In this document: piece after piece, positions 10,060 through 18,746 of the stretch
How positions within the stretch are numbered: position 1 is the first letter of the stretch
How the letters are laid out: each line of letters starts with the position of its first letter
From: Candidatus Bathyarchaeia archaeon
GTDB taxonomy: Archaea; Thermoproteota; Bathyarchaeia; Bathyarchaeales; Bathycorpusculaceae
Reading direction: 5' to 3'
Length of the DNA: 64,000 bases
Assembly (NCBI GenBank): GCA_038883655.1
Contig: JAVZLQ010000001.1
Location: 327,208-391,207 of the forward strand
The notes under the pieces: model-generated
Told to the model about the DNA's origin: nothing
The model's database searches: none
Seen by the model: the letters and a program-made list of their open reading frames with translations, nothing else
Made by a program: the position numbers and the translations under genes

Positions 10060-10128
10060 ATTAATTAAAAAAGTTGAGTAAACATCTATTCTGTGGTGGT
10101 TTTTAAAGATTGTTTGGGTTAAAAATTT

Positions 10129-10893
10129 TTAGTATGTATATTTGTCTCCTCCAGCGAGTATGCGCTCCAAAGCCATGTTAAAGTTTATCATCCCATCATT
10201 TGTTTTCGCTGAAATTGGAATTAGAAGAAATTTTAAGCCAAGCTGATGTATTGCGCGCATCATGTTTCTGCTCAACAGACGCTTTGTTCCCTCAAGCTTT
10301 TGTTCGATTGCATCTTCCAGTGCAGTTGGATTAGCGGACCAATCAACAATTTTGTCAACTTCGTCTTTTGGAAGTAGGTCACATTTGGATAGTAAATGGA
10401 CTTGTGGTAGTAGGAAGCGGTTGTAAACAGCTGCTGAAAGGAAGAGGTTGGACACGTAGTTAAGTGGGTTAGCACAGAAGGCGGCGTCAAAAAGATATAC
10501 TATGGCTTTTGGTTGTTCACGCAACAACTCATTGGCAATGTAAGGTCCACTTGCCCTAAAGGCGAAAAGCTCCATCTGTCCAGGCGTGTCAACGATGACT
10601 ATGTCGGATTTTAAGTCTTCGATTTCGCTTGAAATTTTTTCAATTTCATCCGCGATTAGATCTGCAGCCATTATTAAAGCTCCGTTTGGACCTAGCTCGT
10701 ACTGTTCCATTAGGCTTTCTATGCTGATGTAGTCGCGTACGTCAACATCAGGCGTATATGGAAGCGTTAACGCTCCCGGGTCAAGGTTAACTATTGCGAC
10801 ATCTTGTTTTGCCATTCTTAGCCATTCGCTGAATGATGCCGTGAGCATAGATTTTCCAGAGCCAGCTGTTCCAATAATGAAAACGGCAAACAT
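10129..10893 (-). CDS. GPN-loop GTPase
   Basis: GTAGSGKS, NLDP, LGPNG, DTPGQME and SKCD motifs. Confidence 0.93.
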   Translation of the reverse strand: MFAVFIIGTAGSGKSMLTASFSEWLRMAKQDVAIVNLDPGALTLPYTPDVDVRDYISIESLMEQYELGPNGALIMAADLIADEIEKISSEIEDLKSDIVIVDTPGQMELFAFRASGPYIANELLREQPKAIVYLFDAAFCANPLNYVSNLFLSAAVYNRFLLPQVHLLSKCDLLPKDEVDKIVDWSANPTALEDAIEQKLEGTKRLLSRNMMRAIHQLGLKFLLIPISAKTNDGMINFNMALERILAGGDKYTY

Positions 10894-10961
10894 AATGCTG
10901 TAATCCTTCTTTTAGTTTTTGTCGATTTAGATTTATCAGATTTGTTTGGGCTGTAAAAGTT

Positions 10962-12092
10962 TTATGCTGCAGCTTCCGGTGGCGGCAGTGTTGGCTCTTG
11001 AGGCATAGGTGTTGTTCGCCGTGATATCAGGAAAATTGCACAGCCGATGACCGTTAATGTTATTGTGAAAGCCAACAGTGCAAAGAAAAAGAGCGACAGA
11101 ACAGTAATGGCTATTGTTGGACTGTCTGCCCCACCATAATCGTTGTCTCCAAACCAGCTTGCGCGGACAAAACATATGCCTGTCATGTTAGCAGTCCATA
11201 CATATGAAAATTCGCCGTTAGCGTTTGTTGTGGCTGTTCCCAAAACAAACCATTGTAAGCCGCCAACCTTCAAGTAAACCATTACTGTTTTACCCGAAAG
11301 GCTCGGAGATAATTTCCCAGAAATGGTAACTGCACTTCCTTCTATGACCAATGGCGATGACACTGCTAATGAAAGGGTTGAAGAGGCTAGTGGCTTGTAA
11401 CTTGCCGAAACCTGCCCAAAACTTGTGCGATCACAATTTTCAAGCGTAATAACTTGCACCGTGTCCAATGCTGGAACAAGGTCTGAAGGGCATTCGCCGA
11501 CGCGCCAGCCGTCAATCGCGTAGCCCGTGCACTCGGCTATGTAATATCTTGTGCCGTTGAATGTAACGTAGTAAACTGTGCCCCTAGCGTCACGTGGTAA
11601 ATGGGACAGACTTACGCCAACGTTCATGTGACTGTAACTTTCGTAATAGAGTAGAACAACATCTAGTCCGCCAGCCATCATGATTGATGCCGCCATGTAA
11701 GAGAAGACGTCGCAGTCTCCAGTATTTTCAACTATTGTTTCTACCGGGTATTTTGCTTTGCTTTCGTTGTACGGTATTTGATGCACAATCATAAGCACGC
11801 CGTTAGCAAAATCTTCATCGTCATTGTAAATGTCCCAAAGGCGTTCGGCGATGGGTACCACTGGATATGGCGTTACAAATTTTGGAAAGTCACTTATGGA
11901 ATTGAGTTGGTGGCTCTGAGACTTATAAAAGTCATAGAGGGACTGCTGAACCGTGACTGTTAAAAGGTAACGTGTGGAACCGTTTGGGTGATTTAATATT
12001 TGATATGTTCTAATTGTTTGGGAGAAGGAATAAGGTGTTAAATAGGAAATTACGATTAGAACTGTAAGCGTGATTGTGGTGAGTTTTTTCAT
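10962..12092 (-). CDS. Secreted, membrane-anchored transglutaminase-like cysteine protease with Ig-like domain
   Basis: Signal peptide; GDCD...HMNVG...YYIAECT putative triad; beta-rich Ig-like domain; C-terminal TM followed by a Pro-rich tail. Confidence 0.7.
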   Translation of the reverse strand: MKKLTTITLTVLIVISYLTPYSFSQTIRTYQILNHPNGSTRYLLTVTVQQSLYDFYKSQSHQLNSISDFPKFVTPYPVVPIAERLWDIYNDDEDFANGVLMIVHQIPYNESKAKYPVETIVENTGDCDVFSYMAASIMMAGGLDVVLLYYESYSHMNVGVSLSHLPRDARGTVYYVTFNGTRYYIAECTGYAIDGWRVGECPSDLVPALDTVQVITLENCDRTSFGQVSASYKPLASSTLSLAVSSPLVIEGSAVTISGKLSPSLSGKTVMVYLKVGGLQWFVLGTATTNANGEFSYVWTANMTGICFVRASWFGDNDYGGADSPTIAITVLSLFFFALLAFTITLTVIGCAIFLISRRTTPMPQEPTLPPPEAAA

Positions 12093-12146
12093 AGGAGATT
12101 TTGTTGCAAAACAGATTTAAGGCATTTATGAACTGACAATCAACAA

Positions 12147-12932
12147 TTAAATCTCTACCAGTGTTTTCTTTCTTTGACTGAAAACACACGCGTAATTATA
12201 ACCAGTTTTCTTTGCAAGAACAAGTGCCTCTTTGAAGTTCTTACATAAATCTTCTGGATTATGTGCGTCCGAGCCGAAAACTATTGGCACATCATAAGCG
12301 TGAAGTATTTTCAGCATTTCCTCGCTTGGATAGATTTCTGCGCATGGTCTCCTTAATCCAGCAGTGTTAATTTCCACACATATTTTTGATTTTGCGATTG
12401 CCTCCGCCGTTTCCATTAAGACATCGGAGAAATCGCAGCTTGGTTTAAACCCGAAAATTTTAACAAGGTCCAGATGGGCTACGACATCAAAGAGACGAGA
12501 ATTGCACATCTCCCTAATTAGGCTGAAATATTCCATGTAGGTTTGAAGAATGTCCCTTTTCAAGTATTCATGTTTTTGGCGTGGATTGTCGATGCCCCAT
12601 TTACCAATAAAGTGAACTGCGCCGATAATGTAGTCGAAAGGGTGTTTTTGGATAAATTCTTTGATTCTGTTTTTATCTTCTAGGAAAAAATCAATTTCAG
12701 CACCAAGTTTTATTGGTACCTCGGCTTTTTGTTTTAGCGTTAGAAAATTTTTGATGTAGGCTGGCATTTGACGTTGATCCATATGTGGATAATTGCCTAT
12801 CGCATGTAGCGAGATGTGGTCTGAAAAGCCTATTTCACCTATTCCCTTCTCCACCGCTTTCTTAACATAATCCTTAATTGTGCCCACAGCATCTGGCGAA
12901 GCTTCTGTGTGAACATGATAGTCCATGATCAT
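12147..12932 (-). CDS. PHP-family histidinol-phosphatase (HisJ/HisK-like)
   Basis: DYHVHT, SDH, GAVH, AHLD, EINT and GSDAH motifs. Confidence 0.85.
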   Translation of the reverse strand: MIMDYHVHTEASPDAVGTIKDYVKKAVEKGIGEIGFSDHISLHAIGNYPHMDQRQMPAYIKNFLTLKQKAEVPIKLGAEIDFFLEDKNRIKEFIQKHPFDYIIGAVHFIGKWGIDNPRQKHEYLKRDILQTYMEYFSLIREMCNSRLFDVVAHLDLVKIFGFKPSCDFSDVLMETAEAIAKSKICVEINTAGLRRPCAEIYPSEEMLKILHAYDVPIVFGSDAHNPEDLCKNFKEALVLAKKTGYNYACVFSQRKKTLVEI

Positions 12933-13759
12933 TGTTTTGCCAGCTTTTGCGGTAAAACTACTTTTCCGCCTTCTTTCTTCACGAGTTCAGACAGTTGGAT
13001 TAATGCTTTTCCAACACGGTTTTTGGCTGTTTTGGAATCCTTTGCCGTTGTTGAAAAGTGAAGCTCAATGTGCGGTTTTTTCTCCTCGCCCTTTGGATGA
13101 GACTTAATGTAAACGTGTGGATTATCATGCATAGTCTTGTCGATTAAAGGCGCCAATGTTGATTCCATAATGCCACCAACATAAATGCTTGCTTCATAAA
13201 ACATAACGTTTCCAGCTCTTTCCCTCAGCAAAGACATAACAGAACCTTCAAAAATAGCTTCCATCTCAGAAGGAACCCCCGGCAACGCTACAAGAATTGT
13301 TTCATTAACCTCTAAGATTACGCCAGGAGCCGTCCCAACGGGGTTCGGCAGCGGCTTTGAATTTTCTGGTAGCTTAGCCATTTTAACCCTTGCCGGTGTA
13401 AGCTCCACCTTTTCGATTTTTCCGGTTTTCACGTAGGTCTCATACTTTTCCTTCACCATTTCCAAGGCTTTCTCGTTAATTTCCAACCTTCGATTCAACG
13501 CTTCAGCTATTCCTTCAAGAGTTTTGTCGTCAAACGTTGGTCCTAAACCACCAGTCGTTATTATGAACTTTGGTTTGCGCTGTAGGGCTTCACGTATGAC
13601 ACTTGCGATAGCCACCACATCGTCTTCAACAACTGTTATGCGTTTAACTGTGAATCCGGCTGTGGTTGCACGTTTGGCAAGCCATTGGGCGTTCGTGTTT
13701 AATGTTTTGCCGATAAGCAATTCATTGCCTATACATATTATCTCCATCTCATTGTCCAT
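12929..13759 (-). CDS. CinA-like molybdopterin-binding-domain protein
   Basis: IGNELLIG..LNTNA, TTGGLGPTFDD, NPVGTAPG and LPGVPSEM motifs. Confidence 0.88.
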   Translation of the reverse strand: MDNEMEIICIGNELLIGKTLNTNAQWLAKRATTAGFTVKRITVVEDDVVAIASVIREALQRKPKFIITTGGLGPTFDDKTLEGIAEALNRRLEINEKALEMVKEKYETYVKTGKIEKVELTPARVKMAKLPENSKPLPNPVGTAPGVILEVNETILVALPGVPSEMEAIFEGSVMSLLRERAGNVMFYEASIYVGGIMESTLAPLIDKTMHDNPHVYIKSHPKGEEKKPHIELHFSTTAKDSKTAKNRVGKALIQLSELVKKEGGKVVLPQKLAKQ

Positions 13760-13852
13760 TTTCCCACTTCTAAAAAACTAAAGTTGCTGGAAAATAAAAC
13801 TGTTCGCCATATTAACGGCTAACTTATCGCCCTAAAAGCCGCGAGTTTTAAG

Positions 13853-14062
13853 TCATTTCTTCTTGCTGCTAAGCCACCACTTCAAATATTCCTTTTTGCG
13901 CTTCTCCCGCTCTTCTTCCTTACTTTCAAAAGACGGCCTCAACTTTTCTCTGAGCTCGATTAGCTCTTGTTGCGTAACTGAAAGCCCGCAGCTTTTGCAA
14001 ACATAATGTTTTGTTGCTATTATGTATTGCATTTCGCCACCGCATTCCGGACAGTATGGCAT
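13853..14062 (-). CDS. Small zinc-ribbon protein (start corrected to MPYCPECGG)
   Basis: CPEC...CKSC pairs; C-terminal EYLKWWL; ATG at 14062. Confidence 0.75.
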   Translation of the reverse strand: MPYCPECGGEMQYIIATKHYVCKSCGLSVTQQELIELREKLRPSFESKEEEREKRKKEYLKWWLSSKKK

Positions 14063-14224
14063 TTCTACACCATTTTTAACATGTATATTAAGAATGGAAT
14101 GCGCGTTGCTAAATAAAAGGGTTTTTAAACCAAAAGAAAACGGCACGTTAAATCATGCTTGAATTCTATTAGTCTGCAAGATATGAGAATGCGATCAGTG
14201 CAATATTATCGAGTTGTAAATGTT

Positions 14225-15316
14225 TTATGTAATAAAGTTTACAAGTTTTGCTTCCTTAGCAAGATGCAACGCCTTGTCCATCTCTTCCCTTGTGAGTCGC
14301 CTGCGCAGTTCTGGAATTTCATAAGCCAGCCATTCTGGTCTATACTGGAACATCACGTTCACTCGGGTTTCAACGCCCAGATTTTCGGCTATCCAGTTAA
14401 TGATTGGTTTTGTGCAACATTCAAGATGCCCTGGTAAGACGAGTATGCGAATTATGAGCTCGCCGTATTTTTTCGCCTCTAAATGGTTGTATGTGCAGAC
14501 TTGCCAATAGTTTGGTGCATCTGAAATTCTTTTAGCGCATTCGCCTGGTCCATACTTGAAATCCAGTAGATAAACGTCTGCAAAGCCAGCCAGCAACCGT
14601 GCTGTTTCTGGACTGTAGTATGTATTTGAGTTCCAAACGACTGGTATGTTAGCGTTTACATGTTTGAATGTCTCAAGCCACTGTTCAATCCATGGTGTTG
14701 GTTCACCGCCAACAAGGTTTGCGTTTCTGCATCCGCTGTTTCGGAGCTGTTCAACCTCTCTTGCTAGTTCTTGTGGCGTGTAAACTTCGCCGTTTTCAAT
14801 CCACTGGGAAATTGTCCAGTTCTGGCAGTGTTTGCAGCGCATTGTGCAGCCCATCGTAAAGATTGTTCCAGATGGCACAAGCTCTGGTTCTTCGCCAACA
14901 TGTTCAAAAATGCTTGAAACGGTTATTTCTTTGCTGCACTTACAGTAGCCAAGCTCACCCTCCGCTCTGTTAACTCCGCATCTACGAGTGCAAAAGTGGC
15001 ATTCAAAGAGTATTTTCTTTGCAATTTCAATTTTTAGATCCAAATAAGATTTTTCAGGAGTCGGCATTTTCTGCAAAGAGATATGTCCCGCATCAATTTC
15101 CCTTTCCACTTTATAGAACTCTTGGGTAAGCTTTTCGTGTTCTCGCCAAAGTACCTCTAAAGGATCATCTTTACTGAATTCTGCTGGAACTTTTTTCGAG
15201 ATGAGGAATTTTGCTGGTTTCGCGTTCTGCATAACGGCAATGTATCTGCCTAGGCTTTTTCTAACGGTTTCTTCGCCAAGCACAAGTGCGGCGTCTGGAC
15301 GCAGAATCCTCCACAT
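14225..15316 (-). CDS. Radical SAM protein, PflX-like
   Basis: CHFCTRRCGVNR, GEEPELVPSGTIF, CTMRCKHC, GGEP and DFKYG motifs. Confidence 0.85.
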   Translation of the reverse strand: MWRILRPDAALVLGEETVRKSLGRYIAVMQNAKPAKFLISKKVPAEFSKDDPLEVLWREHEKLTQEFYKVEREIDAGHISLQKMPTPEKSYLDLKIEIAKKILFECHFCTRRCGVNRAEGELGYCKCSKEITVSSIFEHVGEEPELVPSGTIFTMGCTMRCKHCQNWTISQWIENGEVYTPQELAREVEQLRNSGCRNANLVGGEPTPWIEQWLETFKHVNANIPVVWNSNTYYSPETARLLAGFADVYLLDFKYGPGECAKRISDAPNYWQVCTYNHLEAKKYGELIIRILVLPGHLECCTKPIINWIAENLGVETRVNVMFQYRPEWLAYEIPELRRRLTREEMDKALHLAKEAKLVNFIT

Positions 15317-15333
15317 TTCATCTTCAACCGTGA

Positions 15334-16389
15334 TTAGAATAAGGCGTATGGATAAGCGTACCCGCTTGCATGCAACTTACCCTTAATCGGAATTTCTCTA
15401 CCGCAAACTGGACAACGCATGTCCTTCGTAAGGTTCCACCGGGTAATCTCGAAGCTGAACCGTTTTATTAAAAGCTCATTACAGTTTGGACAGTAAGTGT
15501 TTTCACTTGGGTGTCCAGGAACATTTCCAATGTACACGTAATTAAGCCCAGCGTCTTTAGCGGTTATGTAGGCTTTCTCTAAAGTTTCGATAGGCGTTGA
15601 GGGAATAGTCGTAAGCTGATAGTCCGGGTGGAAACGTAAGAGATGCAGTGGTGTGTCCCTTCCGAGATTATCCTTAATCCACGTGGCGAGTTCCCTAATT
15701 CTCTCAAGCGAATCACCAATTTTCGGAACAACCAAATTCGTTATTTCAATATGTATCCCATTTCTTCGCATTTCCTTCAAAGACTCAAAAATAGGCTCGA
15801 CGGAAGGCACCGACGAGAAGGACTTGTAAAAAGATGGGTCTCCGCCGCCCTTAAAATCCACGGTTGCAGCATCCAAGTATGGCGCTATAGTTTTTACGGC
15901 TTCTGGCGTCATATAACCATTTGTGACAAAAGTGTTGAAAAATCCAACTTGGCGGGCAAGTTTCGCAGTTTCATATGCATATTCAAAGAAGATTGTTGGT
16001 TCAGTGTAAGTGTAGCTTATACCCTGGCAACCATTATCTCTCGTAGCTTTTACAACCTCTTCTGGCGGAAAATGTTTACCCTCAATGTTTTTTTCTTGGC
16101 TTATCATCCAATTGTCGCAGAACTGGCACCTAAAATTGCAGCCAACAGTGGCAATTGACATAACTGAAGCGCCTGGATTAAAGTGGGCGAGGGGTTTTTT
16201 CCCGATGGGATCCACGCACGCAGATATGGCCTTCGCATAAACAAGCGAATAGAGCGTTCCGCCCTCATTTTTCCTTACAAGGCAGAATCCAGTTTTGCCA
16301 TCATTTATGGTGCACCTTCTTCCGCAAAGGTTACACCTAACTTTTTTGTCTCCAATTTTCTCGTAGAGCATTGCCTCGTGAAGTGGCAT
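15334..16389 (-). CDS. amrS: AmmeMemoRadiSam-type radical SAM enzyme
   Basis: CNLCGRRC...GFCLVR, DPIGKKPL.HF.PG, CNFRCQFC, YTYTEP, RFHP.Y and YVYIGN motifs. Confidence 0.85.
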   Translation of the reverse strand: MPLHEAMLYEKIGDKKVRCNLCGRRCTINDGKTGFCLVRKNEGGTLYSLVYAKAISACVDPIGKKPLAHFNPGASVMSIATVGCNFRCQFCDNWMISQEKNIEGKHFPPEEVVKATRDNGCQGISYTYTEPTIFFEYAYETAKLARQVGFFNTFVTNGYMTPEAVKTIAPYLDAATVDFKGGGDPSFYKSFSSVPSVEPIFESLKEMRRNGIHIEITNLVVPKIGDSLERIRELATWIKDNLGRDTPLHLLRFHPDYQLTTIPSTPIETLEKAYITAKDAGLNYVYIGNVPGHPSENTYCPNCNELLIKRFSFEITRWNLTKDMRCPVCGREIPIKGKLHASGYAYPYALF

Positions 16390-16442
16390 TTAATTCTCCT
16401 TAAATAATGAAAGGCGAAACCACGCTTGTAAACTTTTTTCCC

Positions 16443-17060
16443 TCACTTATCCTTTTTATAGAAGGCTTTTTCTGTGATTTCAAAGACGAGTGGCGGCGTC
16501 GAAGTTTTAGCATCCAACTTTACGTCTAAAAGTCCTTCAAGGAAACCAGCCCAGATTTCTGGTTCTGTTATAAAAGGAGTCTTAACGAGAATGTATTTAT
16601 CCTTCAAAAAGAAGTCGCCGAACCCTTGAACCCTTAAACGCTTAAAAATGTCAGACCACTTTTCGCTGTTTGATGCTTGTATGCCAAGCGTCGCCTCGAT
16701 GGAAACCTTCGTTGCTTCGCCCATCTTTCTGCCGATTTCCCGCCACTTATCCTTTGGGATCTCGTTTATGAGAATGTTAAGCAATTCAACATTTATGAAG
16801 GCTATTCGGCTTATTCCACAATAATACTCGCCTGGAAAACGCCAATCATAAATCATCATGCTCCTATAAACGTCAAGCATCTTAGAAATAAGCGGTTTAA
16901 TTCCAGGCTCCTTTCCCTCGCGAATAAGCGAGTCGATAAATTCCCGTTCTTCCTTTTCAAGTATAATGGTTGTTCTTTTAGCAGACTCCTCGTTTTTCCG
17001 CATTATTTCTTCGAGTTTTTTCCCCTTATCGTCCTGCATAACCGTTATATCTGCTAGCAT
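16443..17060 (-). CDS. Putative RHH + V4R-like ligand-binding regulator
   Basis: N-terminal RTTIIL strand followed by helices (ribbon-helix-helix-like); REIGRKMG, QGFGDF and GFLEGLL resemble V4R/HNOB folds. Confidence 0.5.
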   Translation of the reverse strand: MLADITVMQDDKGKKLEEIMRKNEESAKRTTIILEKEEREFIDSLIREGKEPGIKPLISKMLDVYRSMMIYDWRFPGEYYCGISRIAFINVELLNILINEIPKDKWREIGRKMGEATKVSIEATLGIQASNSEKWSDIFKRLRVQGFGDFFLKDKYILVKTPFITEPEIWAGFLEGLLDVKLDAKTSTPPLVFEITEKAFYKKDK

Positions 17061-17131
17061 ACCTTATATGCTTTGCTAACCCCACATCAACAAACCGAAC
17101 AATTTTTAACAAAGCATGAAAAATTAGTATT

Positions 17132-17188
17132 TGCCGATGAAGAATTTACCTGTCTGAAATGGTGATGCACCCTGGGGTATCTGAGGCA
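17132..17188 (+). ncRNA. Box C/D methylation guide sRNA
   Basis: TGCC stem - C box ATGAAGA - guide ATTTACCTGT - D' CTGA - C' GTGATGC - guide ACCCTGGGGTAT - D CTGA - GGCA stem; TTTTTAA ~25 nt upstream. Confidence 0.85.
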
Positions 17189-17199
17189 CAAAACAAGTT

Positions 17200-17457
17200 T
17201 CAAGAGACAATCTTATTTTTAATCAGGTACCAAAACAGAGTTAAACCAGCAATGAAAAGAACAAATCCGCACGCCACTGAAATAGCGAAGCTCATGTCAA
17301 GAATCCTCTGAAACAAGTAAACCACGTATGTTGGACCAGCAAATGTTAGGAAAGCAGCTAAAACAACAAGAAAGGTTTTCCAGAACTTCGAATTTAAACC
17401 GCCAACTTTTGTGGAAACCCTTTTTATCTTTCGTTCTTCTTCGGTCATGATGTTCAC
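17200..17457 (-). CDS. Small two-TM membrane protein
   Basis: Two hydrophobic helices; co-oriented downstream of the PAC2 gene. Confidence 0.65.
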   Translation of the reverse strand: MNIMTEEERKIKRVSTKVGGLNSKFWKTFLVVLAAFLTFAGPTYVVYLFQRILDMSFAISVACGFVLFIAGLTLFWYLIKNKIVS

Positions 17458-17493
17458 TTTTAATTGTTTGCACTAATCTTTTGGCGTTTTCGC

Positions 17494-18159
17494 TTATAAC
17501 CCTTCCTTCACCTCGTTTCCAAAGGCTCTCATGAGAAACTTGAAGACGGAGAAGGCCGCGCCTCTATCCGCCCTAAAACCAGTTGTCGCGCCCAATAGGC
17601 ATATGCCGTCTATGCCACGTTCCTTTGCAAGAGCAAGCGTCAAACCAGCAGCGCCAACAATTCTTCCCTTACTATAGATTACTGCACCTTTCTCCATAAA
17701 CTCCGCCGCAATCCTAGGCGAAGTTGCAGCCACATAAACTTGCGCCTTCTCCTCCGTGAGTGGTACACCACCTATGGTAACAACAAAGCTGCATCCAAGT
17801 TTCTCAGCGAAATCCACTATTTCATCGCATATTTCGTAATGCGCAACAACATCCTCGAAGGAAGGTTGTGTGTCTCCCGTCATTATAACGAAATCGTTCC
17901 TTTCCATGGGCGCGGCGTAAAACTCATACCTAGGTAAGCGGCAAGTTCCCTTCGCATTAACCGATACATAGTCGGGAAAGGAAGGCGAATAAAACTCGGC
18001 GAAAGGCTTAGCACCACAAAACTTTATCAGCAATTCAGCCGCAATCTTCCCAACATTACCCAAACCAGGAAGCCCTTGCACGAAAACAGGCTTATCCAGA
18101 GATGGAACAAATAAACAGTTAAAGTAAGGCTTATCCATGCACGCTTCACGCCAAACCAA
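17494..18159 (-). CDS. PAC2-family proteasome assembly chaperone
   Basis: GLPGLGNVGKIAA, GDTQP, TIGG, GRIVGAAG and CLLGAT motifs. Confidence 0.85.
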   Translation of the reverse strand: MVWREACMDKPYFNCLFVPSLDKPVFVQGLPGLGNVGKIAAELLIKFCGAKPFAEFYSPSFPDYVSVNAKGTCRLPRYEFYAAPMERNDFVIMTGDTQPSFEDVVAHYEICDEIVDFAEKLGCSFVVTIGGVPLTEEKAQVYVAATSPRIAAEFMEKGAVIYSKGRIVGAAGLTLALAKERGIDGICLLGATTGFRADRGAAFSVFKFLMRAFGNEVKEGL

Positions 18160-18238
18160 TAAACAGCAAGCAGACTAAAAAATATTTTCAACCACTGTCC
18201 CAAAAAGATTTAAGAAACCACACATTCAGCATACAATT

Positions 18239-18317
18239 AGCGGGGTGGGGTAGCCAGGATTAACCCGCTGGGCTCATAACCCAGAGATCGGTCGTTCAAA
18301 TCGACCCCCCGCTACCA
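18239..18317 (+). tRNA. tRNA-Met(CAT), initiator type, encoded CCA, no intron
   Basis: Acceptor stem AGCGGGG/CCCCGCT (A1-U72), anticodon arm CTGGG-CTCATAA-CCCAG with three G-C pairs, T-loop TTCAAAT. Confidence 0.97.
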
Positions 18318-18375
18318 AAACGGCATTGTAAATTAAACATGTGGTTTGTTAAGAAAGAGGGAGTTGTTTGGATTG

Positions 18376-18669
18376 TTAAAACTCGTTTAAGGTTAATCCC
18401 TCTAATTCCATGTTTTTCCACTGGATTGTTTCGCCATTTATCGTTATACTTTCCGCGTTTACGAAAGATTGCCAAAGTTTTGCCTCAACGGCCATTTGTC
18501 GAAGGTTTTGTTTAATTTCTCTTATCAGTCTTATTTTTTCTGTATCTGAAACTTCTAGTAGGTTAACCTTCCTTTGGGTTTTCTTGTTTTTTGTTCCCAT
18601 GTTTTGTTGTCCTCCTTTAAATGGGTTTATCGCGTTTCTTAATAAATCAGTTCTTTCGGTGCTTGACAT
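18376..18669 (-). CDS. Hypothetical small protein (likely start 18600, MGTKNKK)
   Basis: AGGAGG precedes the internal ATG at 18600; no recognisable motif. Confidence 0.5.
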   Translation of the reverse strand: MSSTERTDLLRNAINPFKGGQQNMGTKNKKTQRKVNLLEVSDTEKIRLIREIKQNLRQMAVEAKLWQSFVNAESITINGETIQWKNMELEGLTLNEF

Positions 18670-18746
18670 GTATCATCAATCGATACATATACGTATACGC
18701 TTAGGAAAAATTATAAGGAGCTGCAGCTTGGATACATAGTTTATAA

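Noticed and set aside
18239-18700. Possible integrated element at tRNA-iMet
   Set aside because: No integrase and no duplicated tRNA 3' end seen in the window
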